Positions 9,949 through 19,262 of a stretch of 64,000 bases of DNA are shown here, piece by piece (position 1 is the first letter of the stretch; each line of letters opens with the position of its first letter). The stretch spans positions 5,060 through 69,059 of the forward strand of contig CAVTEE010000004.1 in NCBI GenBank assembly GCA_963733775.1. The letters are read 5' to 3'. The position numbers and the translations under genes are program-made. Source of the DNA: an uncultured Acidobacteriota bacterium. Its GTDB lineage: Bacteria; Acidobacteriota; Terriglobia; Acidiferrales; UBA7541. The notes beneath the pieces are model-generated. The model was given only the letters and a program-made list of their open reading frames with translations. It did not search any database and was not told where the DNA came from.

Positions 9949-10990
9949 GCGCCGCTTCCTGGTCGTGCGCCTCGGATCTCTCGGCGATATCGTGCATACC
10001 TTCCCAGCGGTAGCGGCCTTGCGCGAAACCTTTCCCGCTTCGGAAATTATCTGGCTTACTCATGCGCGTTACCAAATGCTGGTTCAAAGCAGCGGTCTAG
10101 CGTCCAAAATATTGACCATTGAAACGCGTTCCATGTCGTCGCTCATGAAAACCATTCGCGAAATTCGCGCCACCTCGTTCGACACGGCCATCGATTATCA
10201 AGGTCTTTGGAAATCCGCCAGCCTGCCGTTTCTCGCCGGTGTAAAGCGCCGCATCGGATTTTCCCAAGAATCTGTTCGAGAATTCGGCGTGCCGCTTCTT
10301 TACACTGATCGCGTCCGCGCCACCAGCGCGCATGTCGCCGACCAGAACGGGGAATTGTCCAAGTGCGCCGGAGCGAAAAACCAAGTTGCAAATGTCCGGC
10401 TGGATCCGCCGCTGTTACACCACGGCGAACTCTCGAGAGTTTTCCTCGGTCGCGATCTGGAAAAATACGTCGTTCTCAGTCCTGGAGGCGGCTGGCGTTC
10501 CAAGTGCTGGCCCCCCGAACGCTTCGGCGCGTTATGCAAAAAAATATTCGAGTCGCTATCACTCCGCTGCGTCATAAATTACGGCCCGGGCGAGGAAGAC
10601 TTGGCCGCCAAAGTTCAAGCCGCAAGCGGTGACGCTGCCCCCGTGCTGTTCAACGGTGAACTCGGCGTTTTGATGTCAATTTTGCGCGCAGCGATTTGCG
10701 TCGTAGGCGGCGACACCGGTCCTCTTCACTTGGCAGTTGCTTTGGGCACACCCGTCGTAGCCCTCTTCGGTCCAACAAATCCCGCACGAAACGGGCCCTA
10801 CCGCAACCCGGCTAGTTCTGCATCGGCCCCACAATCTTCGTATCGCGAGGATTCACAGGACATTGTTCTCCGAGCTCCGAACGTGGTCACCACTCACAGT
10901 CGCCAGGGCCACACACATCCGTCCATGCTGGAGATTCAAGTCGATGCCGTGTTCGAAGCGGTACTCCGTATCGTCGAGGCCCGCAAATGA
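9941..10990 (+). CDS. waaC: ADP-heptose:LPS heptosyltransferase I (GT9)
   Basis: ORF 9800..10990. The sensible start is ATG 9941 (MAERRFLVVRLGSLGDIVHTFPAVAAL, like WaaC MRVLIVKTSSMGDVLHTLPAL), overlapping the hldC stop by 8 nt. C-terminal GGDTGPLHLAVALG. Confidence 0.8.
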   Translation: MAERRFLVVRLGSLGDIVHTFPAVAALRETFPASEIIWLTHARYQMLVQSSGLASKILTIETRSMSSLMKTIREIRATSFDTAIDYQGLWKSASLPFLAGVKRRIGFSQESVREFGVPLLYTDRVRATSAHVADQNGELSKCAGAKNQVANVRLDPPLLHHGELSRVFLGRDLEKYVVLSPGGGWRSKCWPPERFGALCKKIFESLSLRCVINYGPGEEDLAAKVQAASGDAAPVLFNGELGVLMSILRAAICVVGGDTGPLHLAVALGTPVVALFGPTNPARNGPYRNPASSASAPQSSYREDSQDIVLRAPNVVTTHSRQGHTHPSMLEIQVDAVFEAVLRIVEARK

Positions 10991-11544
10991 ATTCGGCGGG
11001 CGCATTTTTCGTGCGGTGGCGAGTTCGCTTGGGCTACCCTCTCGCAATCGCAGTATTATTCTTTGCGCGGCCGCAGCCTCGCAGCATTCTGTATGGTGCG
11101 CTGGTTGGCCTCGTTGGTCTGGCCTTGCGCGCCTGGGCTGCGGGCTATCTACATAAGCAGGAAGTGCTGACCGTCACAGGTCCCTACGGCTACACTCGTA
11201 ATCCGCTTTATTTGGGAAGCGCCGTGCTGGCGCTGGGCGTGGCCATCGCCACGCGCTCGTGGATCTCCTCTGTTTTGCTCGCGACATATTTCGCAGTTTT
11301 CTATTCCATCGTGATCCGAAGGGAAGAGAACGAGCTACGCCCCCGTCATGCTGAGAATTTCGATCGTTACGCCACGGCCGTGCCTATCTTCTTTCCGAGA
11401 TTGTCTCCCGCTAAACTTTCAGATAGTGGCACCGCAACATTTTCGTCCATGCAATATAAGAAAAATCATGAGTGGCAAGCAGCCGTTGGTTTTTTGCTAT
11501 TGCTGATTGTTCTGATTCTGATTTGGCGCTTCCGCGCGTCTTGA
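10987..11544 (+). CDS. isoprenylcysteine carboxyl / phospholipid methyltransferase-family membrane protein
   Basis: 185 aa, multi-TM, with TGPYGYTRNPLYLGSAVLALG (ICMT/PEMT-type motif). ATGA overlap with the waaC stop. Confidence 0.7.
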   Translation: MNSAGAFFVRWRVRLGYPLAIAVLFFARPQPRSILYGALVGLVGLALRAWAAGYLHKQEVLTVTGPYGYTRNPLYLGSAVLALGVAIATRSWISSVLLATYFAVFYSIVIRREENELRPRHAENFDRYATAVPIFFPRLSPAKLSDSGTATFSSMQYKKNHEWQAAVGFLLLLIVLILIWRFRAS

Positions 11545-14190
11545 AGTAGTCACAGTCGCCAACTCTGCGCATGCCACGAAGCAAGAAATTTCCAGCCGGT
11601 CACCATCCGTCACGATATGTACCGCTCCATCCCGATCGGTTCTCAAGACCCGCGCCCCGCTTGCTTCTAAACGTTCCAGCAATTCCGGGCTGGGATGTCC
11701 ATAAGGATTGTCTTCCCCGGACGAAATGATCGCAATCGTCGGTGCTACGGCATCCAGAAATTCTTGCGTCGTTGAATTCTTGCTTCCGTGGTGGCCAACC
11801 TTTAATACATCTGCGTGAAGGTCCGCAGAATTCTCTCTCAGCATCGTATGCTCGGCCTGTTTTTCCGCGTCACCAGGAAGCAGTAGCGTTCTGTTTCGGT
11901 ATTTCAATTTCAATACCAGCGAATCATTGTTTTTCGCCGTCGCCGCAGGGTCTGCGGGAGAAATGTCCGGCCACAAAAATTCACCTTGCACTTCATCCAG
12001 CGAAAAGTGTTTTCCTCGTGTTTCGTACTCAATCGGTATGTTCCGTTCTCTCGCCAGTGATTCCAGTTTTGCCAACGCCGGATTATTAACTTCGCGCCCA
12101 ATCCAAAGTCGCCCAACACCGAAATTTTCCAGAATCGCGTTCAAACCTCCTACATGATCCTGATGCGCATGCGTCAATGCCATCACGTCGATTCTCTTGA
12201 ATCCCCGCGACCACAGATAGGGCGATACCGCCTCCTCGCCAGGATCGATTCCTCGAACCTGCTCTTGACCGGGGAATCCGCCGAACGCTCCTCCTCCGTC
12301 AATCAACAAAGTCTTGCCCGCCGGCGAAACCACGAACAAGGAATCGCCTTGTCCGACATCCAACACTGTAACTTCCAGTTTCCCGCCTGCGACTCGCGGA
12401 GAAAATGGATACACAGCAATGACCAGCCCCGTCGCAGCCAGTAGACCTTGCAAACTCCATATCATCGCCTTGCGTCCCGCGAATCGGAGACGCAAACACG
12501 TTACGATGCCCGCCAGGGTTAGTAGGAAAATAATCGTCGCCCAAAGCGGCGGCCCCGGCACGCGATAACTCAATTGCCGTAAAAGTGCGAACTTCTGCAC
12601 TACATGAAGAAGCCCGGCCGTAACCAATGACACCGGCCATGCCACAATCTTCCCAAGCGCCAGCCATAAAAGCCCGGTAATCAGCGCACAAAATCCTAAC
12701 GGCACGATAATGGCCGTCAACGGCACCGCTGCAAAATTTACGAATGTACCCGCAAACGTCACACGGTGAAATTCGCTCGCCAGTAGCGGTAACATCCCGA
12801 TCTGCAAAACCAACGTCAGCACAAACAATTCCCATACGCGAAAACACAACGCCATCCCGACAATTAATGAACGCCCGGGAACCGTCGCGATTCGCGCAGG
12901 CCAGGGCAAACGAGTTTCTATTGCGTGCGCCAGCAACCGAAGATCAATGCGGAATTGCGTCGGCCGTGGCTCATACGACACATCTTTCGTCACGTCGCGC
13001 CATCCGCGAAGCGCCCGGGCATACGGCTGCACGGTCCCGTCCAGCCATGGCAACGCCAATCCGCCGATACATCCGATAGCCAAGAACGAAAGTTGAAAGC
13101 TCGAATCGCCCAGCGCTGACGGCCTCGCCACCAGCAGCAATAACGCCGCAATCGCAGCCGAATTCAATAACTCCAGCCGGCGGAAGAAAAATCCTCCCAC
13201 CGCTATAATCGCCGCCATCAAAGCCGCACGCAGCACTGGTGTTCGCTGTTCGACTACGGCCACGTAGGCAATCAGCAACAGCAACGTGAAACTCATTGTC
13301 CACACGCGCGCCCACCGCAATTTACGTCCTACCCAAAACAACAGCACCGCGATTGCGCCCACGTGTAACCCTGCAACCACCAACACGTGAAATGCTCCGG
13401 TTTTCTGGAAATCCCGCGCCTCATCCCCATCCACAAAACTGCGGTCCCCCAGCAGCATCGCACGCAACACTCCCGCTACACGCGGGTCCTTCGACCACAA
13501 CTGATCAACCTCTTCGCGCAATCGCCATCGTCCGCGCGAAACCCAAGCAAACATGCTTGGCCTGGCCGGGCTAATCAGCTCCAATAATTCAGGCGCACGC
13601 AAGGCACCAACCAGATCAACACCTTGCTGTGAAAGGTAAGCCCGGCGATCGAACGCTCCTTCGTCTCTAAACACCTGCGGCAATTTCGCTCGTGTCAAAA
13701 CCGCAATGGAGTCTCCCACGTGTACTTCCAGCGGCGCGCCATGATCCATCCGCGCGATGTATCCAAGACGCAGCTCCCCGCTCGCGGAAACAAACACTCC
13801 TTCATGGTCGACGCCAGAAAGCTGGATGTCGTAACTCGTCCCCCATGGAACCTTTGCCGGTTCATCTGCTAGTCGCCCGTAATATCTGTGCGGCGATTTG
13901 ATATTAATTTTTCCTGCGTCCAACAAACTCAAAATATGATCGACCCGCCTTGGCTGTTCCTCGATGCAAACTGCGGCCATGCCGAGCATTCCCCAGCACA
14001 ACAGAGAAGCCAGCCCTGCGATAACCACTCGCGAGCGCCACACGAAAAACATACCGATTAGCAGGGAAGTAGAGGCGCTGCAAAGAAGAAGTGCAACAAA
14101 CTGGTGAGAATTACTGCGATGTGCGATTTCCAGGCCCCCAGCGATCCCCAAGGCAAATGCCGTAGCGATCGCAAGTGCCGGCAGTTTCAT
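11497..14190 (-). CDS. comEC: DNA internalisation competence protein ComEC/Rec2 (membrane channel + metallo-beta-lactamase domain)
   Basis: 897 aa, polytopic. C-terminal MBL domain VTVLDVGQGDSLFV...LTHAHQDHVGG...GHHGS. Confidence 0.88.
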   Translation of the reverse strand: MKLPALAIATAFALGIAGGLEIAHRSNSHQFVALLLCSASTSLLIGMFFVWRSRVVIAGLASLLCWGMLGMAAVCIEEQPRRVDHILSLLDAGKINIKSPHRYYGRLADEPAKVPWGTSYDIQLSGVDHEGVFVSASGELRLGYIARMDHGAPLEVHVGDSIAVLTRAKLPQVFRDEGAFDRRAYLSQQGVDLVGALRAPELLELISPARPSMFAWVSRGRWRLREEVDQLWSKDPRVAGVLRAMLLGDRSFVDGDEARDFQKTGAFHVLVVAGLHVGAIAVLLFWVGRKLRWARVWTMSFTLLLLIAYVAVVEQRTPVLRAALMAAIIAVGGFFFRRLELLNSAAIAALLLLVARPSALGDSSFQLSFLAIGCIGGLALPWLDGTVQPYARALRGWRDVTKDVSYEPRPTQFRIDLRLLAHAIETRLPWPARIATVPGRSLIVGMALCFRVWELFVLTLVLQIGMLPLLASEFHRVTFAGTFVNFAAVPLTAIIVPLGFCALITGLLWLALGKIVAWPVSLVTAGLLHVVQKFALLRQLSYRVPGPPLWATIIFLLTLAGIVTCLRLRFAGRKAMIWSLQGLLAATGLVIAVYPFSPRVAGGKLEVTVLDVGQGDSLFVVSPAGKTLLIDGGGAFGGFPGQEQVRGIDPGEEAVSPYLWSRGFKRIDVMALTHAHQDHVGGLNAILENFGVGRLWIGREVNNPALAKLESLARERNIPIEYETRGKHFSLDEVQGEFLWPDISPADPAATAKNNDSLVLKLKYRNRTLLLPGDAEKQAEHTMLRENSADLHADVLKVGHHGSKNSTTQEFLDAVAPTIAIISSGEDNPYGHPSPELLERLEASGARVLRTDRDGAVHIVTDGDRLEISCFVACAELATVTTSRRAEAPNQNQNNQQ

Positions 14191-15545
14191 GCAACTTTTC
14201 GCAATCGAACCAGCGTTTCAATGTGGAATGTTTGCGGAAACAAATCAAACATGGCCATCTCGGTAATTTCGTAGCGATTGGTCAGCGCGGTCGCGCTCTC
14301 CACGCCTGCTGCCGCGCGACCTTCAGTGCCCGCCTGAACAACACTCCCGCCGGATTTTCGCTGCGATCCAGTTAAAACCGCCAAATCTCTCGCCAGCGTC
14401 GAAGGGTCGCAAGACAAATACATGATCTCCGCGGCTCCTAACGATGCCAGCGCCGCTGCAGCCGCGGTTCCGAGACCCGATCTGGGGGGGTCCAGAACAA
14501 CAAAATCCGGCCGCTCTCCGGTCTTCTTCAAAAACTCCTCCGCATGTTCGTTGTGGGAGACGGCCTCCACGCCCGCATTTTTCGCGTTCGCAAACAAATC
14601 GCGCGTAGCCGCCAAATTCGCATCCACGCTCACCACCCGTTCAAACGTTTGCGCCAACGGCAAAGTAAAAAATCCCACGCCTGCATACAAATCCAGCGCC
14701 AGATCGCCTTTGGCACCCGCTGTCACCGCTTTCACCAAGTCTTCCGTCAAGAACCGATTCACCTGAAAAAACGACAAATGGCTGACCTGATATTTGAACC
14801 CGCCTACCTCGTGAACCAAAAATCCAGGCCCAGTCAATTCGAAACGGTCCTTCTTTTGGTCCAGCAGCAACAAGCTTTCAAGCCGCGGCAATTCCGCGCG
14901 AAACAGGGAAGCGATCTCCCCCGCTGGAGTGTGAAATTTATCGAACGCCACGTTAAGCGCAATTTTCGCATCCAGCGAATCGGTAAACGCCTCTATCTCC
15001 AGAATCCCCGCCGGCAATTTCCCGCCTCGAGCCATCTCTTGCAGCAGCGTGAACGTCTCCAGCAATCGCGGCGATAGTATTGGACAAGTGTCGATCGGCA
15101 AAATCACCGAACTTTCCGGCAAAAAATACCCGAGAGCCCGTGGCATTCCGCTCCGCACCGCCCACTGTGCACGGTTGCGGTACCCGTAAGGCGCCCCTGA
15201 GTGTGCCGCTATCTCCCCATCCCATTGCACGCCTCCCAACCTCGAAAGCGTCTCTCGCAAAATCTCGATTTTGAGCCGCACCTGCTCCGCCGCCGGAATA
15301 TGCTGATAGTGGCATCCGCCGCAAACCTGAAAGTGCGGGCACCCAGGCGCTATTCGTTCCGCGGAAGGCGAAGTTACTTCCACCAACTTGGTCCATATCA
15401 GTTTTTTCTTCTTGGTCTTGGCGGTCGCGCGCACACCTTCCCCAGGCAGCACATAAGGAACAAAGACCGTGTTGCCGTCGGAGTGCGTCAATCCATCACC
15501 ACCATAAACAAGCTTCTCAATTGATAATAGTAACTCATCTGGCAT
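14187..15545 (-). CDS. rlmD: 23S rRNA (uracil-C5)-methyltransferase, RlmD/RumA (TrmA) family
   Basis: N-terminal TRAM-like region, Fe-S Cys cluster CPHFQVCGGCHYQH, SAM fold DLYAGVGFF and VVLDPPRSG. Its stop (14187) overlaps the comEC start (14190) by 4 nt. Confidence 0.82.
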   Translation of the reverse strand: MPDELLLSIEKLVYGGDGLTHSDGNTVFVPYVLPGEGVRATAKTKKKKLIWTKLVEVTSPSAERIAPGCPHFQVCGGCHYQHIPAAEQVRLKIEILRETLSRLGGVQWDGEIAAHSGAPYGYRNRAQWAVRSGMPRALGYFLPESSVILPIDTCPILSPRLLETFTLLQEMARGGKLPAGILEIEAFTDSLDAKIALNVAFDKFHTPAGEIASLFRAELPRLESLLLLDQKKDRFELTGPGFLVHEVGGFKYQVSHLSFFQVNRFLTEDLVKAVTAGAKGDLALDLYAGVGFFTLPLAQTFERVVSVDANLAATRDLFANAKNAGVEAVSHNEHAEEFLKKTGERPDFVVLDPPRSGLGTAAAAALASLGAAEIMYLSCDPSTLARDLAVLTGSQRKSGGSVVQAGTEGRAAAGVESATALTNRYEITEMAMFDLFPQTFHIETLVRLRKVA

Positions 15546-15708
15546 AGTTAGGCCTCAATTTTACTGCGAGCAGTCGGGACGCAGCCGTCTCAGCGATATC
15601 TGCAGAGGGAAAGCGGGTGGTAGAAAGTGTAACCGACAAGCCTCAAAAAAGCGCGTGATGTACAATACCAATTGATTCGGAACTCCAGCCCAGAAATCGT
15701 GGTGTCCA

Positions 15709-16398
15709 ATGATGAGCAATCACCCTTCTGTTCGGGTCGTTCTTTATCTCGCCGCCGTCCTGACGCTCTCCGGAATCCTTTTCGCCCAGAGCACTTCAAA
15801 CAAAACCCTGGTGGTTAACGGTAAAACCGCCGGCGCGGGCGTCCGGCAAATCAACGGCCGCTTGTACATCGACCTGGAGACCCTGGCCCAGGCCACCAAC
15901 GCCGTATTCACGGTTGAGCCCCGCCGTGTGGTGCTCACCATACCTTCTGCCGATGCCGGCGCTGATGCGACTGACGATTCCGGGCAGAATTCACAAAAGC
16001 TTTCGCGAGACTTTGCCTCCGCCGCTATATCCGCCCTTGCCAACATGAGAGAGTGGCGCGTAGCCGTCCGCGCCATGATTCTCTACGGACTGGCGGTCAG
16101 CGACACGTGGGTGCAGGCCTATCATAATCAAACATTGGATGCTATCCGCCAGGCGGCCGTCGCTGCCTCCACCGACGCCGACAAGAATGCTTTTCAACTA
16201 CTGCAGAACGAAGCCGATGCCATGACCGCTTGGGCCAACCAAGTGGACTCTGCCCGTCAGGAACTAAATGGCGCCCGCACCGTCGATCCTAATACCCTGC
16301 AGAACGACCCAACCCTGGCAAAAATTCAAAAGTGCAGCCAGTTCCTGAACTCCATGGTCCTCAGCGGCACATTCAACGACGATCCCAGCTGCCACTAA
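15709..16398 (+). CDS. hypothetical exported protein
   Basis: 229-aa ORF with signal-like MMSNHPSVRVVLYLAAVLTLSGILFAQS. No family recognised. Confidence 0.55.
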   Translation: MMSNHPSVRVVLYLAAVLTLSGILFAQSTSNKTLVVNGKTAGAGVRQINGRLYIDLETLAQATNAVFTVEPRRVVLTIPSADAGADATDDSGQNSQKLSRDFASAAISALANMREWRVAVRAMILYGLAVSDTWVQAYHNQTLDAIRQAAVAASTDADKNAFQLLQNEADAMTAWANQVDSARQELNGARTVDPNTLQNDPTLAKIQKCSQFLNSMVLSGTFNDDPSCH

Positions 16399-16440
16399 AC
16401 TAAAAAATTCGTGTTCCGATAGCGCCGACCCAAACACTTA

Positions 16441-16540
16441 CCTGTCATTCCGCCTGCCTGCCGCAGGCAGGACCGGAGCGGCCCGACGCCTTTTCTTCTC
16501 GTTCGCTCCTGCGAACGAGTCGCCCAGGAATCCCTCTGCG
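16441..16540 (+). repeat. dispersed palindromic repeat, family A (copy A1)
   Basis: cctgtcattccg...accggagcggcccgacgccttttcttctcgttcgctcctgcgaacgagtcg...ggaatccctctg. Homologous to 56046-56058 + 57566-57655 (A2) and 61189-61285 (A3). Contains hairpin CTCGTTCGC-tcct-GCGAACGAG and a 19-nt perfect palindrome. Confidence 0.85.
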
Positions 16541-16548
16541 CCGTTCCC

Positions 16549-17292
16549 TCACGCCAAATAGAACAAACTCAACCTCGGCAATCCAAACTCCTCCAACAAT
16601 CGCTTCTGTAGATATTGCCTTTCCACCATTGCCAGTTGTTCCGCCTTCATTTTCTTCCGGTAGGCCGCCAATTGCCCATCCATCTCCCGTCTAAGTTGCA
16701 GCATGCGTTCTTCACTAACCTGACCAGCCATCAAGGCCTGTTGCTTGTCGTCCAGAATCGTCAATCGCCGCTCCAGATCTTCCAGATCGACTGATCCAGG
16801 TGTATCGAGCAGCACCATGCTGGACTCCAGCGATTTTGCGATTTCCAGTAAACGCGAACTAAATTCAAGTCCCGCCTGAATTGCAGCCAGCTTTTTCGCG
16901 GCAACTCTAATCCCTTCTACGTTTCGCGCGAAATAAGCCTTAATCTCCTCGCGAGAAAATATCTCCTTTGTCTCAACACGCGGGTTCTTGGGCGCGCTTC
17001 CCGCCGCTGCCTCCTGCTGTTCCTCCGCCGCCTCCAACACCGCGTCTGTGCAGTAAGCCAAACTCTTCAGAGGCTTGCCCAAACCGCCCCGCCTCGACCT
17101 TTGGTAACTCTCAAACGCGCGATCAATCCCTTTTAAAGCAGCATCCAGTGGAATCCCGGCTTTCTGCCAGGTCTCCATAATCGCCCAGTCCAGCGGCGAC
17201 ACCAGCAGATGAGCCCCACGCTTCTTCCAAAAATATTCTTCGATTTCCGTGAAGTAGTTGAAGTAGTTCCAGCTGTCCATGTGTGATGACAA
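16549..17292 (-). CDS. conserved-looking hypothetical protein (Trp/Phe-rich N-terminus, coiled-coil-like C-terminus)
   Basis: 247-aa ORF immediately downstream of coaX on the same strand. No family recognised. Confidence 0.55.
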   Translation of the reverse strand: MSSHMDSWNYFNYFTEIEEYFWKKRGAHLLVSPLDWAIMETWQKAGIPLDAALKGIDRAFESYQRSRRGGLGKPLKSLAYCTDAVLEAAEEQQEAAAGSAPKNPRVETKEIFSREEIKAYFARNVEGIRVAAKKLAAIQAGLEFSSRLLEIAKSLESSMVLLDTPGSVDLEDLERRLTILDDKQQALMAGQVSEERMLQLRREMDGQLAAYRKKMKAEQLAMVERQYLQKRLLEEFGLPRLSLFYLA

Positions 17293-17324
17293 AAGGGAAG
17301 TCGACCAGCTGTTAAGTTTTGCCG

Positions 17325-18161
17325 TTATGATCGCGGGGCTTTCTTGTCTGCCGCGCCAATGCTTGCTTCACGAAGCCGCCCCGCCTTGCTCGAATCCGCA
17401 ACCTGATTCTTTTCCCAGATCAGCCGCAACCCCTTCAACGTCAAAAATTCGTCCGTATGCTGAATATGTTTCGAACCGCGCGCCACCAGTTTTGCATGCC
17501 CGCCGGTCGCCACCACCGTGACTTCGTTGCCCAGCTCATCCTTCATGCGCTTCAGCATGCCATCCACCAGGTCCACAAATCCGTAATACAACCCGGATTG
17601 CATGTGGCTCACGGTATTTGTTCCGATCACTTTTCCGGGATCCTTAATTTCCACGCGCGAAAGTCTTGCTGCTCGCGCAAACAACGCCTCAGACGAAATT
17701 CCGATGCCCGGAGCGATCGCCCCGCCGAGATATTCCCCGCGCGGCGAGATTACGTCAAAGGTAATGGCCGTCCCAAAATCCACCACGATGCACGGACCGT
17801 ACTCGTGAAATGCCGCCACCCCATTTACAATTCGGTCCGCGCCCACTTCCAGCGGATTATCAACAAGCACAGCCATCCCCGTTTTCACGCCGGGCTCCAC
17901 GAATAGCGCTTTCTTTCCCAAGTAAATCCGCGCCATTTCGCTGAGTGTCCAATTCACCGGCGGCACTACCGAACTGATCATCACTCCGGTGATCGCGTCC
18001 CGGTCCAAGCCCGCCAGCGTGAATAAATTCCTCGTCAATACTCCATATTCATCGACCGTTTGCTCCCTCGCCGTGCTCAGTCGCCAGTTGGCGACCAGCT
18101 CAGTGTCGCGAAAAACTCCCAAAACCGTGTTTGTATTTCCAACGTCGATGGTCAGGAGCAT
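17325..18161 (-). CDS. coaX: type III pantothenate kinase
   Basis: [18 protein letters not shown]-terminus and ASKHA-fold motifs ([14 protein letters not shown]) typical of CoaX. Confidence 0.9.
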   Translation of the reverse strand: MLLTIDVGNTNTVLGVFRDTELVANWRLSTAREQTVDEYGVLTRNLFTLAGLDRDAITGVMISSVVPPVNWTLSEMARIYLGKKALFVEPGVKTGMAVLVDNPLEVGADRIVNGVAAFHEYGPCIVVDFGTAITFDVISPRGEYLGGAIAPGIGISSEALFARAARLSRVEIKDPGKVIGTNTVSHMQSGLYYGFVDLVDGMLKRMKDELGNEVTVVATGGHAKLVARGSKHIQHTDEFLTLKGLRLIWEKNQVADSSKAGRLREASIGAADKKAPRS

Positions 18162-18187
18162 ATGTTCCCGTTTATCTGCATCTTTGG

Positions 18188-19207
18188 TTACCGAGCCTCA
18201 GTGACATCCCCGGCAATCACCGCCGTTGTCTCACCCGTGTCACGCTTCACCCGCAGCAATCCTTCTTCTTCTAATCCCGCCGTTACTCCTGTGAAGCTTT
18301 CTCTGCCATTCGTTACTTTTACTCGCTTCCCGCGCGCATAGCTCGAAGTCGCTTCGAACCGTTTCACCACACTTTTTGCGCCTTCGCGCAGCAACTCGTC
18401 GTAATCGCGCTCAAATTGTCGCAGGAATTGCACCAGCACTTCCAGCCGCGCCTGCGCCCGGCCAGTCTCCATCCGCAAAGAAGTGCTCTTGCTATTCAGA
18501 TCAGCGGGAAATTTCTCCTGATTCACGTTGATCCCGATCCCCACAATCACAAATCGCACCAGCGCGGGTTCCGCATGCATTTCCGTTAAAATCCCGCCCA
18601 CTTTTTTTCCATTGATAAGCAAATCGTTGGGCCACTTCAAATCCACATTTAGGCCCGTCACTCCTTGCACTGCAGCGTGCGCTGACAACCCGGCCATCAT
18701 GGTTAGTAGTGGAGCTTGCACCGGAGCCAGCCTTGGCCGTAGCAAGAGCGTCGCGTAAATTCCCGTGGCGCGTTCTGAATGCCATGTGTTCCCCGCGCGG
18801 CCTCGCCCAGCCGTTTGCTCCTCCGCGAGCACCACCGCACCCTCCGGCTCGCCGGCGTGTCCCAACTCTAACGCAACGCGATTGGTCGAATCCGTTTTAA
18901 AAAAATGATAAATCCGCTTCCCGAATAAACTGCCCCGCAATCTCTGTCGCAGCATATTCGCGGTCAAAATGTCTGGCACTTGCTCGAGAAAATATCCCGT
19001 TGCCGCGCGTCCTTTTACTTTTACGCCCAATTCCCTCAACCGCGTGACCCATCGAAACACCGTCGAACGCGACACTCCAATTTCCCGCGCGATCCTTGCT
19101 CCGCTGATAACAATCGTTCCATTTTCCGCCAGCAGCGTCAGCAGCGCCGCGACCTGCCGCTCGGTACTCCCGGCGATATTTCCAGAAGGTTTAACGCGGA
19201 CTGCCAT
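18188..19207 (-). CDS. birA: bifunctional biotin-[acetyl-CoA-carboxylase] ligase / biotin operon repressor
   Basis: N-terminal HTH ([21 protein letters not shown]), catalytic [11 protein letters not shown] and [17 protein letters not shown]. Confidence 0.9.
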   Translation of the reverse strand: MAVRVKPSGNIAGSTERQVAALLTLLAENGTIVISGARIAREIGVSRSTVFRWVTRLRELGVKVKGRAATGYFLEQVPDILTANMLRQRLRGSLFGKRIYHFFKTDSTNRVALELGHAGEPEGAVVLAEEQTAGRGRAGNTWHSERATGIYATLLLRPRLAPVQAPLLTMMAGLSAHAAVQGVTGLNVDLKWPNDLLINGKKVGGILTEMHAEPALVRFVIVGIGINVNQEKFPADLNSKSTSLRMETGRAQARLEVLVQFLRQFERDYDELLREGAKSVVKRFEATSSYARGKRVKVTNGRESFTGVTAGLEEEGLLRVKRDTGETTAVIAGDVTEAR

Positions 19208-19262
19208 TAGGTGTGTCCTGCCTCAAACAACTGCGCGCCGCCTGCCGCCGTTCCATCTTCAA

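Noticed and set aside
11497-11544. 48-bp 3'-end overlap of the convergent ICMT-like gene and comEC, as a possible antisense regulatory arrangement
   Set aside because: Both C-termini are non-conserved-looking tails (LILIWRFRAS / APNQNQNNQQ). The overlap may just reflect late stop codons, and nothing further can be supported from sequence.
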